Assembly (NCBI GenBank): GCA_002269645.1
Contig: NIVC01000392.1
Location: forward strand, 310,001 to 374,000
Source: Macrostomum lignano
Lineage: Eukaryota
Reading direction: 5' to 3'
DNA: 64,000 nucleotides
The notes below the pieces were generated by a model. It was not told where the DNA came from. It ran no database searches and worked only from the letters and a program-made list of their open reading frames with translations. A program made the position numbers and the translations under genes. This document shows, one piece after another, positions 10,642 through 24,048 of the stretch; positions within the stretch are counted from its first letter, which is position 1; each line of letters begins with the position of its first letter.

Positions 10642-13277
10642 TCAGTTTTGAGCACCATCCGGCACATTGTCGTAGAACGACGTCTGCCTGTCGCCGTCGG
10701 CAATCACGTCGCTCTGATTTGACTCCTCCAGCGTCTCCATCGGTTCGAAAGAGTTCGAATCTTCTTCGTAGCTGCTGTCTCGATTGTTGCGCAAGCCAAC
10801 TTTAGAGGCCAACTCTTCAAAACTCCACCTGCCTATTAGGTAGAGCAGTTCGACTAATTCGAAGGCGAACGTGAGCGTGACGCCGATAGTTAGGCTGCCG
10901 AGACCGCCGAGGCGGCTCCACAGGGCGCTCAGACTGATTTGCAGTTTCTCTCGGCTAACAACTGTACGATAGTTGAGCCTGGCGACCGTGACCAAAGCCA
11001 TGTTCTTTAGAGCCCTGTCTTCGAAGTGTTGAATTTTCATCTGTTCGGGAGCTGATAGAATCGAGTCTAATTCGGCGAATCGGAGCAGCTGCTCTCGGCT
11101 CTCGCTGCTTCTGAATATGAGCGATTGTTTTGCAAAGGGTATGTCAAATTAGACACCGAACAATGTATAGTTGCGTATGTGGTTTGAGAGATTGACAATG
11201 ATTAAGTTTCACGAGTGGCGAAGCATCAACATTGTTTCATAGATGTACGCTTTTGATCAGCGTTGAACAATCCATCATTGTTCAACGATAAAGCGAATCT
11301 GATTGTTCAACGCTAGAAAGACGAGAAATCTCGGTTGCTTGAGGCCATAGAAAGTTTTTTCTTGGTCAGATCGAAGCTTGTCAGAGCCTGTGTGTACTAT
11401 TTAGACGATAACAGACAGACAGACACCATTGAGATTATTTTTTCTTGTCAAGCGACAAACTGAAAATGATTAATTGGAAGCATCTACCGGTCGAATCCTT
11501 AGATGGAATATCGTCCAAGGAGTTGCAGTTTCTGTCTAATGTGAGCTTTCTAGATCACAGCCAAGAACAAGACCTGAAGGACTTCATTGACTTCATAACG
11601 GCCTAGGTACCTCCGTATTTCTCCAGTTTACTTTGGGATATTGGGAAATGTTATCACAGTTTTATTAACTTTATTATTCTACTAGGGAGCTTAAATCGAC
11701 CTTGAAGAGACGTCATGGCGCTTTTACTCGCGATGGTAACTAAATAGATATGTGAATGTGTCAAAGCTGTTTCTTGGTGCTTGAGGTGCCTAAGGCTACC
11801 ATATTTAAAATGGCTTTTTCTCTGTTTTCAGAGCACGGCAAACTCACCGCGGATTATCCTGCAGATGATCCAGAGCCCGTTCGATGTGGCCCACCCAGTG
11901 AAACTGGCAGAGACTCGGCTCCCAGTTCGACGAGGACATGTGACTCTCGTACGAGTGGTGCGAGCACCGCTTGCGACACTGGTGATGCCCGACACCGTAG
12001 ACCAGGTCAGTCAAGTTCAGCTGGCGAACGCAGTTGAGCCTGTCGACAAATTTTTGTGACTCGCTAAAGTTGTAGTGGCCGCAGTAAGGCGCTCTGCGGT
12101 CCGGCTGACGAGGCCGGATATGAAAGGCGGAGATGCAGCCGCACTTCTTAAGGATGTATCGTCCAATGAATTCACTAATGCATGCGCTTCTAGTGTAGTT
12201 GTACCGCTCTTGTACGTCTCGAATTTGGACTGTCCTGTCGGCTTTGTCCGAGCATTTGTCAGTTTGCTTGGAGTCTTTCTGATAGCGAATAGTGCGATAA
12301 CGAAGCAACGTCGAAGTCTGCATCTGTACACTGAAACTGTCCTCATCAAGGTGGGGATATGTGTCAGGCTCGTGCAGCGCAATGCGGAACCCGGCTCCCT
12401 GAGTAAAAATGTTGTACACGTGCTCCTCAAGTAATTTCGATTGGCGTCCCACAGCTATGTTGCTGTGATTTCCCTGTTCGATGCTTTTAAAATTGACGTT
12501 GGATAAAATGAGCGACACGTCGCTAACTTTAGTGGACTTGTTCAGCGGCAGCTGGAGCGTGTAGCAGGTGAAATAGTCCGGATGGTAGACCCTGCGCATC
12601 TGGAACTCGCACGGCTCGGAGTGCGATACGCTGGGATTTACCTTGGCGCTGTGCCGCATGCTGCAGAATGGCATGAGCTCGTGCAGAGAGTGTTCAACCA
12701 TGGACAGCTCTGTGGCGTTCAACCGCTGGAAGTAGGTGGACACGCGATCGCTATGGAACAGGGTGCCGGCCTCTTTGATCATATTGCGCCGGATGTAGTG
12801 ACCGATGCCTCGACGCATTTGGCGCGAGAACTCGGCCGGACTGATCAGCTGATTCGAGGTCCACAGCTGATGGGCGCCGGGCGAGAACGGGTACACTGAG
12901 CAGACTGTCATGCTAGGGAAATGAGTCGGATCGTTGACTCGCTCTTCAATCTGGTAGGTAGTATGGTACTCGAAGTACTCTTTCATCAGTTCATAGGAAC
13001 CGTAGGATAGAATGGCGGTCATACTCAACAGATATAATAGCCAGTGGAGGCGCAGCACTTTGTATTGGTTTGAGTAGCACTTGCGAAATCCACGAAGCGA
13101 CGTGTTTTCTATGAACGTTTCAATGGCTCGTTTGATCAAACCAGTCCGGGCCGCGGCAACCACGTCCTCCTTATGAGGTAAAATGGAGTTTCTAGCGTGT
13201 GCGATCCCACAAGCTCTCTGCTCCGAATTCTTCCGATTTGAGCTGCGCCTCCCACTGGAGTTTCTGACACTCTCCAT
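10642..13277 (-). CDS. DEG/ENaC (amiloride-sensitive sodium channel family) subunit, FaNaC-related, ~632 aa
   Basis: Exons 13277-11848 (donor GTGAGT, phase 2) and 11110-10642 (acceptor ttcag) total 1899 nt in frame. Motifs: NTSLRGF + TM1, FPSMTVC, HPDYFTCYT, GFRIALHEP, Cys-rich domain (YTRSAC..C.C...C.KRC), TM2 LGGLGSLTIGVTLTFAFELVELLY. Confidence 0.93.
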
Positions 13278-16132
13278 TATCTGCAACAGCAATGTCACGG
13301 ATGCAACAATACAGCTATCGCAGTTATTTTCTAAAATTGATCCCTACATCGGTTTTAAATTAGCATTTATTGCGTTTGTGGGATGCAAACCACCCCTGAA
13401 TGCTTTCATAATAAATATCCAATACTGGGCTTTTAGTTCTAGCGGTTCATTCTCTATTCACAGCCTATGGGGAGGATGGATGCATGGACGCGCGCATCGT
13501 ACGATCAGCTGTTGGGTGGCTGCTGTTGAAAAAAGCAGACAGGGCTATCGCGGAGGTACAGATGCGAGATAAATCCCAATTGCAGGAGGCAATGACTGAT
13601 TGTATGATGAGCTCACAGCAGTTGAGCAATATTGATGGAATCTAGAAGGAAATTGAGCTGCATATGTCGTATAACGCGAAAACTGCATTAAAAAGTTTAT
13701 ATTGCCAATCAACCAGACATAAAAAATGCTCATACGCGCTCGTAAGCACCACACGGAGGGGCGCCGCGTATCATAATGTGAATTTCGTCGTGGCAATTCA
13801 CATTCTATCTCTCTGGGAGGGGGTTACTGCAAAATATGAATACAATATTTACTATAGGTATCCCGGTTTGTGCATGGTACAGGTGTACGTGTGTAGTTCG
13901 TAAGCTGCATTAGACTTTTTAAATTCAAAACAGCCAGCATGCAGCAGACTCACCTTTTTTATTGAAGTTGTGACGTTGATCGTTATTTTTTATGTATATA
14001 TTTCACATCAAGCATAATATAAATTAAGTACATGTACTACAATGTACGTGTGGCATTACACAGGTAGCTGTGTTTCATTCGGGTAAGCTATCGGTATAGC
14101 ATAGAACTTTGAAAACTTGCGTACGGAAAGCGTACATATACTGTTGGATATGATAAGTACATAGTACACGTTTTACCGCGGTCTGTAAATGTAATTAAGA
14201 TAAATTATTGATGATATGTCGAATATATAAATTAGTGGAATTTAGTAGTATATTGCGAATATTTAGCTTTCACATTAACAAAAACGGAAACTACTAATAT
14301 TTGGGTCCCATCGGTCGACGCCCAGTAAAATGTTGGTTCAATTTCTACTGCTACATTTAGAAGTTACATGTAAGACGATCGTGATGCATGTACATAATTA
14401 CATTTATTGCCTCTGTATTGAGTACATTCGCGCAGTTTTATTCAGCTGCGTTCCAATTTTTTAGACGCCTAGTGTAAAATTGCTGCAAATATACTATTGC
14501 TACTAGCCAAAAAATGTTTATAGTGATTCGTCACGGCCTCTAGCTTTTAATCAACAAACTACCCAATGTATATGCAAATTAGGATACGTAAATAAGATCG
14601 AATTCTGAACCTGGACTAGTTTTTTAATAATTATATCAACTGCAAGCAATTAAAACGTGAACGTGAAAATTATCAAAAGTATGCTTACGTATGCATATAA
14701 ACATACATGTACGTCACTTAACGGCCTCCAGTTTAGTTCTGAGAAAATCGGCAAGGTGACAAGCGTTCTAGCTTCTACGCCTTCTACTACATGTACATAT
14801 AGCTTTTAGCAGCTGTCTACATATGTATGACCATGAATTTGCAAAAAACGTCTATATAGAACGCAAGTGTATATCCGAATACAATATATTGACGTCTGGT
14901 GGTCCTTGTCCTTTATAAAATGGCCCTGGAGATTTTATAGTTTATCAACAAAGCCTCAATTAGGCATTATTGTTTCTTTGGAGCTGGATATATAATGCAG
15001 AAATTTATCGCTTCAAAAGCGCTCTCAAACTTTAATTTGTTGATGTTTATTTTTTAAAATAAGCTATAGCCCCGGAGTAAGCATAACATGTCCTAATGCT
15101 TTTTTTCATTTAGGAACTGTTTAACTGCTTAGATTTAAATATGATCGATCGAGTCTGGGTTTGAATTTCATGCTTTACAAGAAACCAGCCTCATTTTAAT
15201 GTGTGGGTTCCCCGACAGATATTCACCCGACAGATATTTTTTCTTCGGGCAGATAATTCAAACAAAAAATGAATTTATGTTTCGGGATACATTTCTTACT
15301 CTGACGCCATATTCAGCTTTAAAAATTTGTAAGCAGAATTTTTCTGACCCAAAGAATAAAAAATTGGCATGAATGCAAAGTGTGTCAAAAGACGAATTCA
15401 TTGGCACCCCTAACAAACACATTTTGGAAGCAAATATCTCGGGAAATACAAAAGAGAATCATGTGTCTAAGATGTCATTGCAAAGCTGAGACATGCGTCA
15501 AGAAGTGATAAAAGTTTCAGAGCAAATGACTTCATCTCGAAGACGAACGTACCTAAAGCACTCAAGTGTATGTATGGACTATATATGGTGCGGTGCCACA
15601 ATACCGATTTTATTTACTTCCTATATTGTAAAGTTTGCACAATATTCGCAATCTATAATCCGTACAGTGTTTAAGTTTTGCTTTTTAGCGCTGTCAACAA
15701 TTAATAAAAGTAAAATTAAAAAAGTTTTGATACATTCATATATATTCACACATTCACGCATATTCACACCTAATTTCATTTACCAATACCAAATATTTTA
15801 TCAAAGACAAATACTAGATATGCTTGACTAGAGAGAGTGGCTAATTTCAAATGATAATTAAGTACACCAAATTAGTCTAAAATAAAGGAACCTTAGTCTG
15901 CTGTGTTATGCTTATATATGTGTGTGCTTAGATATGTGTAAATATATAATAAGCAAAACCATATGATCTATATTTTATTTTATTTGTTAATAAATCTTTA
16001 AACAAGCTTTTTATAGTCTTTAACTACAAAAATGTAAGAAAAAACAAATATTTAAGTATATTGAATATTGCATTTAATTTATTTTAATTAAACTTGCTTA
16101 CATTCTTTTATGTTTTATTATCAAACATTGAA

Positions 16133-19100
16133 ATGCTTCAAGCAAGAGAAATATCAAGATTTTGTCATTTGATTAAGCGATTTGCTCACAATGAAGCAGT
16201 TTTTCAGGGTGCCAAGCATGGCTCCTTTTATCAACAATCAGTGCCAGTCACCAATCCCTTTGACAAGGATCCATTTATGCAGAGATATGTTAAAGTGGCC
16301 TTTGGTAATAAGGTAAGCTAATTATATCATTTATGAGTATATTTTTTTGCTAAAAAATAGCAAGTGTCAAAGTGGCTATGCTTGCTATAATAGCAAAACA
16401 TCAAATACTTTTATAGAGCTAGAATGCCTAAATTATTATCATTCTTCCAGTTTACTAGCAGGCCCTTATACTGGTTTTGCTTTTTATTTATCACCTACTA
16501 AAAGTGTAAATAGCATTGGGATGATGATAGAATACTTGGAGACTAACTAGCTAAGGATGTCTAGCAGTTGAGGCTTGATCAGCAATGTCAGAGAAATTCT
16601 CAATAGAGTGTTCATAATCACCTGGTGACATCTGTTAAATGCCCAGAAGATAGAAGACAGAAAATAATTCATGAATTTCGGTTGATGGAGCTGTTTGTAT
16701 CAATCCCAAAGCCAACTATTAATGGCTATAGCTTATGGTTTATTTCATATAAAATAGGTCATCAAGTTGTTCTTAAAAACATTTTGTCAATAAACACAGC
16801 CAGCAGAGCTTGCAGCGATCCAATCGGATCTCAGTCGCCTCGGCAACCGCATAGCAACGGATGTACACGAACTGGCGCTCGACTGCGAGCGTCAGCCACC
16901 AACCCTGGAACAGTTCGACTGCTGGGGTCGCAGAATCGATCGGATTCACACTTCGCACGCTTGGAAATCGATGAAAACTTTCTCAGCCGAGGAAGGTTTC
17001 ATTGCTCTGGCTTATCCTAGCCCTAGCAACGGCGGCGGAGTCGTTAGCAACGGACGGCTTCATCAGATGTTGAAGAATCTTTTGTACGCACCATCGAGTG
17101 GATTGTACGGCTGTCCTTTGGCCATGACAGACGGTGCTGCCAAAACTCTTCGCTTGTTGGATGAGCGGGGAGGTTCGGGACAGACAGGCTGTCTCTCGGA
17201 GGCTTACGATAGGTTTGTTCGATTAACTTATTGTGTCACTTTCACTGTTAGTAAAGTAAAATGAAAGTGCCAGCTATAAAAATTGTATATTTAGCCAATT
17301 TAGGTTTACCTGATGCTAATTTCTAAGTACCTAATTTCAAAAGCCTGTTGCTGCTTTGCAATTTTTTTTTCAGACTAACAACTCGCGATCCTAAAAGATT
17401 TTGGACCTCCGGTCAGTGGATGACGGAACGAGGCGGCGGCTCGGATGTTGGCGACGGCACCGAGACTGTCGCCGTGCCTCAAGATGACGGCACTTATCGG
17501 TGAGGCTCGCAGATTGAGGAAATTCCAAAGAAAGACCTACCGACATTAATAGTAATTTTCAAATTTTGGAAATACAACATACGTCATGTATTGATTTCAG
17601 TTTCTAAAAATAGCTATATATTCGTAATTTATCTGTTTGTTTCTAAAAATTGCTGCCTATGTCATTTTTATTGATTTTTCTTCTAAAAATAGATCGATAA
17701 TGCGAACTAAGTCATTTTATCGATCTTTGTTTCTTAAAATAGATACATGCGTCATTTATCGATTTTAATTATAAAGTTAGCAAGCTACTTTATGTATAGT
17801 GTAATATTTTTTGCATACATGTATGGATTTTGAATCTGAAAATACAGTATCTATAGTTACCAGTGTTATATTGGTTTTAAAAACTACTAGTTCTAAAAAG
17901 AGTTTTTTATTTTCCAATTTAGGCTGTACGGATTCAAGTGGTTCAGCTCGGCCACTGACTCGGACATGACCCTGGCTCTGGCTCGGGTGGTGCCGAACGG
18001 CTCAGGCGGAGCCCCAACGCCTGGAAGTCGCGGCCTCAGCCTCTTCTTCATCCGGGTGCGAAGCCCCGACAATCCGGACCAGCTAAACGGCATCCAGGTG
18101 GTGCGATTGAAGAACAAGTTGGGCACCAGGCAGCTGCCCACGGCCGAGCTGCTGCTGGACGGCTGCCGGGCCCGCCTGATTGGCGAGCCGGGTCGCGGGG
18201 TGGCTGAGATCTCCACCATGCTGCAGCTCACCCGACTGCACAACGCCGTGCACGCTGCCGGAGCTTTGAGGCGCTTCAGCCAGTTGTGTCGGGACCACGC
18301 TAGGTGAGGGAATTGTGCAGGAACTGCTGGCTGCTTGCTGGAGCCTCCTCTGCCATCCTCACCCTCCTGTACCCTTCTTACCATCGTCACCCTCCGCAAC
18401 CCCTCACCCTCCTGTACGCTTCTTACCCTCCTCACCCTCCTGTACTCTCCTTTCCTTCCTCACCCTCCTCACCCTCCTGTCCCCAATCCAGACAGCGCAC
18501 GGCATTTTGCAATCGAATCTCCGAGTATCCGCTGCACGTTCGCGGCCTCTCAGACCTCGAGGTGCACTCCCGGGCCGCCTGCCTGTTCGCAATGAACTAC
18601 GCGGCAGCGCTGGGCCGGACAGAGTCCCGCCTGCTGCCTCGTGGCGATGGCGCTGACGCCGCAGCTGGCGAGGATGATCAACAGCTTGTCAGATTGTTGT
18701 CGCCGCTGTTGAAACTGTTCACGGCTAAGCAGGCAGTCAGACAGGCTCAGGTGAGCTGCTGGGGATTGGCCTGACTAGCATGCTCGTGTCCGCTGCTCCT
18801 CTCCTCTCCCCTCCTCTGTTCTCCCTCTCTTCTCTCCTCACCTCTCCTCACCTCTCCTCTCTTCTCCTCTCCTCTCCTCCTTTCCTCTCCCCTCTTATCT
18901 CCTCTCCCCTCCTCTTATCTCCTCTCCTCTCCTCACCTCTCCTCACCTCTCCTCTCTTCTCCTCTCTTCTCCTCTCCTTTCTTCTTATCTCTTCTTCTCT
19001 CATCTCCTATCCTCTCCTCTCCCCTCCTCTCCTCTCCTCTCCCCTCCTCTCCTCTCCTCTCCTCTCCTCTCCTCTCCTCTCCCATCCTCTCCTCTCCCAT

Positions 19101-20214
19101 CCTCTTATTTCCTTTCCTCTCCTCTCCTCTCCTCTCCTCTCCTCTCCTCTCCTCTCCTCCTCTCCTCTCCTGTCCTCTCCTCTCCTCCTTTCCTCTCCCC
19201 TCTTATCTCCTCTCCCCTCCTCTTATCTCCTCTCCTCTCCTCTCCTCTCCTGTCCTCTGCCCTCCTCTTATCTCCCATCCTCTCCTCTCCCATCCTCTTA
19301 TCTCCTGTCCTCTCCTCCTCTCCTCTCCCCTCCTCTCCTCTACTCTCTTCTCTACTCTCCTTTCCTCTCCTCTCCTCTTATCTCTTCTTCTCTCATCTCA
19401 TCCCTTCTCTCCTCTCCTCTACTCTCCTCTCCTCTCCTCTCTTCTACTCTCCTCTCTTCTACTCTACTCTCCTCTCCACTCCTCTCCATTTCTTCTTCGC
19501 TCCTCTCCCCTACTCTCTTCCTTTTCTATCACTTGCTTCAATGTCCTAAATAATTTTTTAACAATCAGTCTCTCCATAATTGCTCTTTCTAGACTCCTGC
19601 TGTCAATCGTCTCATTCTCAAGTAAACAATTAATTTCAATTCTGAAATTTTCCTTACCACCCCAGGAGGCTATGGAGATGTTTGGCGGAGTCGGCTACGT
19701 CGAGGAGAGCGGCATTCCCGGGATGTTACGCGACGCCAACGTTCTCCCAATCTGGGAGGGCACCACCAACGTGCTGAGCCTGGACTTGCTGCGCGCCCTG
19801 CACAAATCGCGCGGCGCTGCCCTGCCTGCCCTGCAGCGCAGCCTCGAGTCGGCCTGTAGCGTTGCCGGCTCGGCGCCAAGCGTGCTGGGTCTATCGGCGC
19901 CGGTGGATCGTCTGCGCGCCTCCTACCGTCGAGTGCTGACCGTGGCAGCCGCGGTGCCAGCAGATCGCCTGACCCACGCTGCTCGGGAGTTCGCCTACTC
20001 GCTCAGCCGGCTTCACTGCGGCGCGCAACTGTTGCAATTCGCCGCCGCCACGGGTCATTCGGCTGACGCTGCCGCTGCCAGACGGTGGTGTCTGGCCAGC
20101 GATTTTGATCAATTCGTCCGAGTTGTTGGCGGTCATCAAGACGGAGCCGCTGCCGAAGATCTTCTGTGCGCCGAGGAGGAGCGACGCGTTGTCTTCGAGG
20201 ACGAGTCGGCGTGA
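16133..20214 (+). CDS. Acyl-CoA dehydrogenase, AidB/ACDH-11 (ACAD11-like) clade, ~635 aa
   Basis: Exons 16133-16312, 16800-17212, 17374-17499, 17923-18303, 18492-18750, 19666-20214 sum to 1908 nt in frame. Motifs: GSFYQQ..PVTNPF, FDCWGRRID, YAPSSGLYGCPLAMTDGAA, TSGQWMTERGGGSDV, LYGFKWFSSATD, RLKNKLGTRQLPTAE, EAMEMFGGVGYVEE, IWEGTTNVLSLD. Confidence 0.95.
18345..18482. repeat. Short CCTCACCCTCCTGTAC-type repeat in ACAD intron 4
   Basis: Repeated cctcaccctcct core. Confidence 0.8.
18795..19540. repeat. (CTCCT)n-like pyrimidine tract filling ACAD intron 5
   Basis: Degenerate CTCCT/CTCTC periodicity; source of the spurious L/S/P ORF. Confidence 0.95.
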
Positions 20215-20697
20215 AATACGGCGATTGCGCAATAATTTTATTGTCAAAGTTAATTTTACTAACAAATTGCTTAACTTAGCTACTAATAGTAGAGTAATTT
20301 GGATGCAAACAGATCGATATGTTAAAGATAGCTATTTTTCTATTTTTTGGTGAAATTTTTTTCGCATTCAATTTTATATGCGACTACTGTTAGTAGCGAA
20401 ATTAACCAGTTTAGGAACAAAAGATTATGAACCTCAGTGTAATTCTATTCTAATGTGCTATGTACAGTAGTAGCGAGTGTTCATGACTAGTTTTTTGCTT
20501 GAATTTCGATATCAGGTTCCAAAATTGTGCTGCTTTTATCGCATGAACTATGAATATACAGTGATTTATAAAAGTATTGTTAGTCTGTCTGTACACTATA
20601 AATTTTAAAAAGAATGCAAAATACTTTGCTTGCATGTCTCGAGTAGCTATAAAATTATTTTCATCTTCACTATTTATCAATTATCTGTTACTGATGC

Positions 20698-21875
20698 CAC
20701 TGTTAGATTGAGATGCTGTCTGTTAGATAGAGATGATAAAGATAGAGATGCTACCTGTTAGATAGAGATGCTGTCTGTTAGATTGATACGCTGTCTGTTA
20801 GATAGAGTTGCTGTCTGTTAGATAGAGATGCTGTCTGTTAGATACAGATGCTGTCTGTTAGATTGAGATTCTGTCTGTTAGATAGAGATGCTGTCTGTTA
20901 GATAGAGATTCTGTCTGTTAGATAGAGATGCTACCTGTTAGATAGAGATGCTGTCTGTTAGATACAGATGCTGTCTGTTAGATTGAGATTCTGTCTGTTA
21001 GATAGAGATGCTGTCTGTTAGAGATTCTGTCTGTTAGATAGAGTTGCTGTCTGTTAGATACAGATTCTGTCTGTTAGATACAGATGCTGTCTGTTAGATA
21101 GAGATGCTACCTGTTAGATAGAGATGCTACCTGTTAGATTGAGATGCTGTCTGTTAGATAGAGATGCTGTCTGTTAGATAGAGTTGCTGTTTGTTAGATA
21201 GAGATGATGTCTGTTAGATTGAGATACAGTCTGTTAGATTGAGATGATGTCTGTTAGATTGAGATACAGTCTGTTAGATACCGATGCTGTCTGTTAGATA
21301 GCGTTGCTGTTTGTTAGATAGAGATGCTACCTGTTAGATTGAGATGCTGTCTGTTAGATAGAGATACTGTCTGTTAGATAGAGTTGCTGTTTGTTAGATA
21401 GAGATGCTGTCTGTTAGATAGAGATGCTGTCTGTTAGATAGATATTCTGTCTGTTAGATAGAGTTGCTGTCTGTTAGATAGAGATTCTGTCTGTTAGATA
21501 GAGATGCTGTCTGTTAGATAGAGATGCTGTCTGTTAGATAGAGATTCTGTCTGTTAGATAGAGATGCTGTCTGTTAGATAGAGATGCTGTCTGTTAGATA
21601 GAGATGCTGTCTGTTAGATTGAGATGCTGTCTGTTAGATACAGATGCTGTCTGTTAGATAGAGATTCTACCTGTTAGATAGAGTTGCTGTTTGTTAGATA
21701 GAGATGCTGTCTGTTAGATAGAGATGTTGTTTGTTAGAGATGCTGTCTGTTAGATAGAGATTCTAACTGTTAGATAGAGTTGCTGTTTGTTAGATAGAGA
21801 TGCTGTCTGTTAGATTGAGATGCTGTCTGTTAGATACCGATGCTGTCTGTTAGACAGAGATGCTACCTGTTAGAG
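20698..21875. repeat. 20-bp minisatellite (CTGTTAGATAGAGATGCTGT), ~55-60 copies
   Basis: Direct periodicity. Confidence 0.97.
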
Positions 21876-22322
21876 ACACATGGTGATTCTCGCACTATGA
21901 GCGTACATGTACCTATTAGACAGCAACCAAGTTATTTCGGCGCAAATATATTTATTATTTATTTAAAAGTTGTAGTTGACTGCATGAGCGGTCATCTGCT
22001 TTCAGCTTGTTCGGGCATACAGAGAGGAGTGGCGCCATAGCCAACGAAGTTCACTGCATGGCGGTCCTCTTGAACTCTCTGTTTTTCTTTCTTTTTTCGT
22101 CTCTATCAAATAGAGATGGTTTTTTGGCTATTTAATCATGTGACATCGTGTGGGCTTGGGTCTGCCTTATTAGCCATTCGTTTTGCTAAAATTTGGGCGT
22201 CATCAGTTCATCCGACGGGCTGGGCTATTTTTAGCAACATGTTGCCCACTCAACACTTTTAAATTGCAAGCTTAGGCTACTCAATTGATCGCTCAAAAAG
22301 TACATAAATGATAGGATAGTAA

Positions 22323-23040
22323 GATGGCACCTGTCTAATGGCGCCTGTCTCTGGTGGTGCCTGTCTCTGATGGCGTCTGTCTCTAACGGCCCCTCTGATG
22401 ACGCCTGTCTAATGGCGCCTGTCTCTGGTGGTGCCTGTCTCTGATGGCGTCTGTCTCTAACGGCGCCTCTTTGATGGCACCTGTCTAATGTGGCGCCTGT
22501 CTCTGATGGCGCCTGTCTCTGATGGCGCCTGTCTCTGATGGCGCCTGTCTCTAATAGCGCCTGTCTCTAATAGCGCTTATCTCTAATGGCACCTGTCTCC
22601 GATGGCGCCTGTCTCTGATGGCGCTTATCTCTGATGACGCCTGTCTAATGGCGCCTGTCTCTGGTGGTGCCTGTCTCTGATGGCGTCTGTCTCTAACGGC
22701 GCCTCTTTGATGGCGCCTGTCTAATGTGGCGCCTGTCTCTGATGGCGCCTGTCTAATGTGGCGCCTGTCTCTGATGGCGCCTGTCTCTGATGGCGCCTGT
22801 CTCTGATAGCGCCTGTCTCTAATAGCGCTTATCTCTAATGGCACCTGTCTCTGATGGCGCCTGTCTAATGGCGCCTGTTTCTGATAGCGCCTGTCTCTAA
22901 TAGCGCTTATCTCTAATGGCACCTGTCTCTGATGGCGTCTGTCTCAAACGGCCCCTCTCTTTGATGGCGCCTGTCTAATGGCGCCTGTCTCTGATGGCGC
23001 TTGTCACTGATGGCGCCTGTCTCTAATGGCGCCTGTCTTT
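22323..23040. repeat. ~16-bp minisatellite (GATGGCGCCTGTCTCT and variants)
   Basis: Direct periodicity with higher-order duplicated blocks. Confidence 0.95.
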
Positions 23041-24048
23041 CGATCGTTTGATGCACCCCTCTGCAATGGCCGCCCTTCAGCTGACAATGGTTTTGTTTTA
23101 ACTGCCAATAAAAAGCGCCATTACGTGGGACATTTTTTAAAAAGTTAACTTCACAGCAAAAGCACATTTTGCACAATCATATCATTAACAGAAATAGCAG
23201 CTGCAATTTTTGTCTTTTACCGTCCCTATAGCCATCTCAGCGCTAAAGCAATAGTTTTGGTTATCTTCGCTCTTGCTCTGTAGCTGAAGAATCTTTCCAA
23301 GTTTAGACAGTGAAGTGCTGGTGTTAGCTGGGGTGCCCACCCACTTTTTTGTTGCGAACTCGTCAACACGCAAGATTGCAATAACAGAGCAGCGTCCCTG
23401 CAGATACTGTGGATAGATAGACCATGGTCATAATGGCTTGAGAACTTTGCATTCTCTGCTCAAACATAACTAAGCTGAACTGCAATTCTGCAGGTTGTTA
23501 TTCTGAGCGCGAGCGGCGAGGCTCAGGGCGGTGAGATGGTTGAGGCTGAATGGAACACAAACAGAGGGCTATCTGCCTGCTTCTCCGAGCATGCTCAACC
23601 GAGTATTCTTCGATGCCGACTAAGTCTCTCCGTGCTTCACTTTATCTCTTGTGGGCATCTTTTGTTCATCTGGAAAAAAGAATTGAAAAGAGAGAGAGAG
23701 AGAGATAAGGTTGGGTGGGCAACCATCGCTTGAGATAAGGGTTAGGCCAGGGGTGGATTGTCAGAGGTACAGCGAATTAGAAGCTTGAGTTTGGGCTCAG
23801 CTCCCGCCCTCTAGCGCGCATCTTTATAATATGCCTGGCTGGTCTGCCTCCCGCCAGCTTTTGTGCCAAACTTTTCATAGGTCCACCGCGAAATCGGTAT
23901 TTGAACTAACTAAAATTAACAATATATTCCAATTGGCACTAGCAAAACAGACCGATACCTGCCGATCACCGTCTGATCACTGCCAATTTACTTTACTCGA
24001 AACTTTTTTAGCGGCTCTATTAGCAGCCCCACTTCCCCTTCGGTTGCC

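Noticed and set aside
15205-15445. Possible MITE (CCCGACAGATATT twice, partial inverse at ~15432)
   Set aside because: The inverted match is short and gapped; no TSD or second copy in the window.
16347-16790. ORFs in ACAD intron 1
   Set aside because: AT-rich with no ACAD similarity; exons 1 and 2 already join in phase with no gap in homology.
18780-19553. 257-aa L/S/P ORF
   Set aside because: Pyrimidine satellite in ACAD intron 5.
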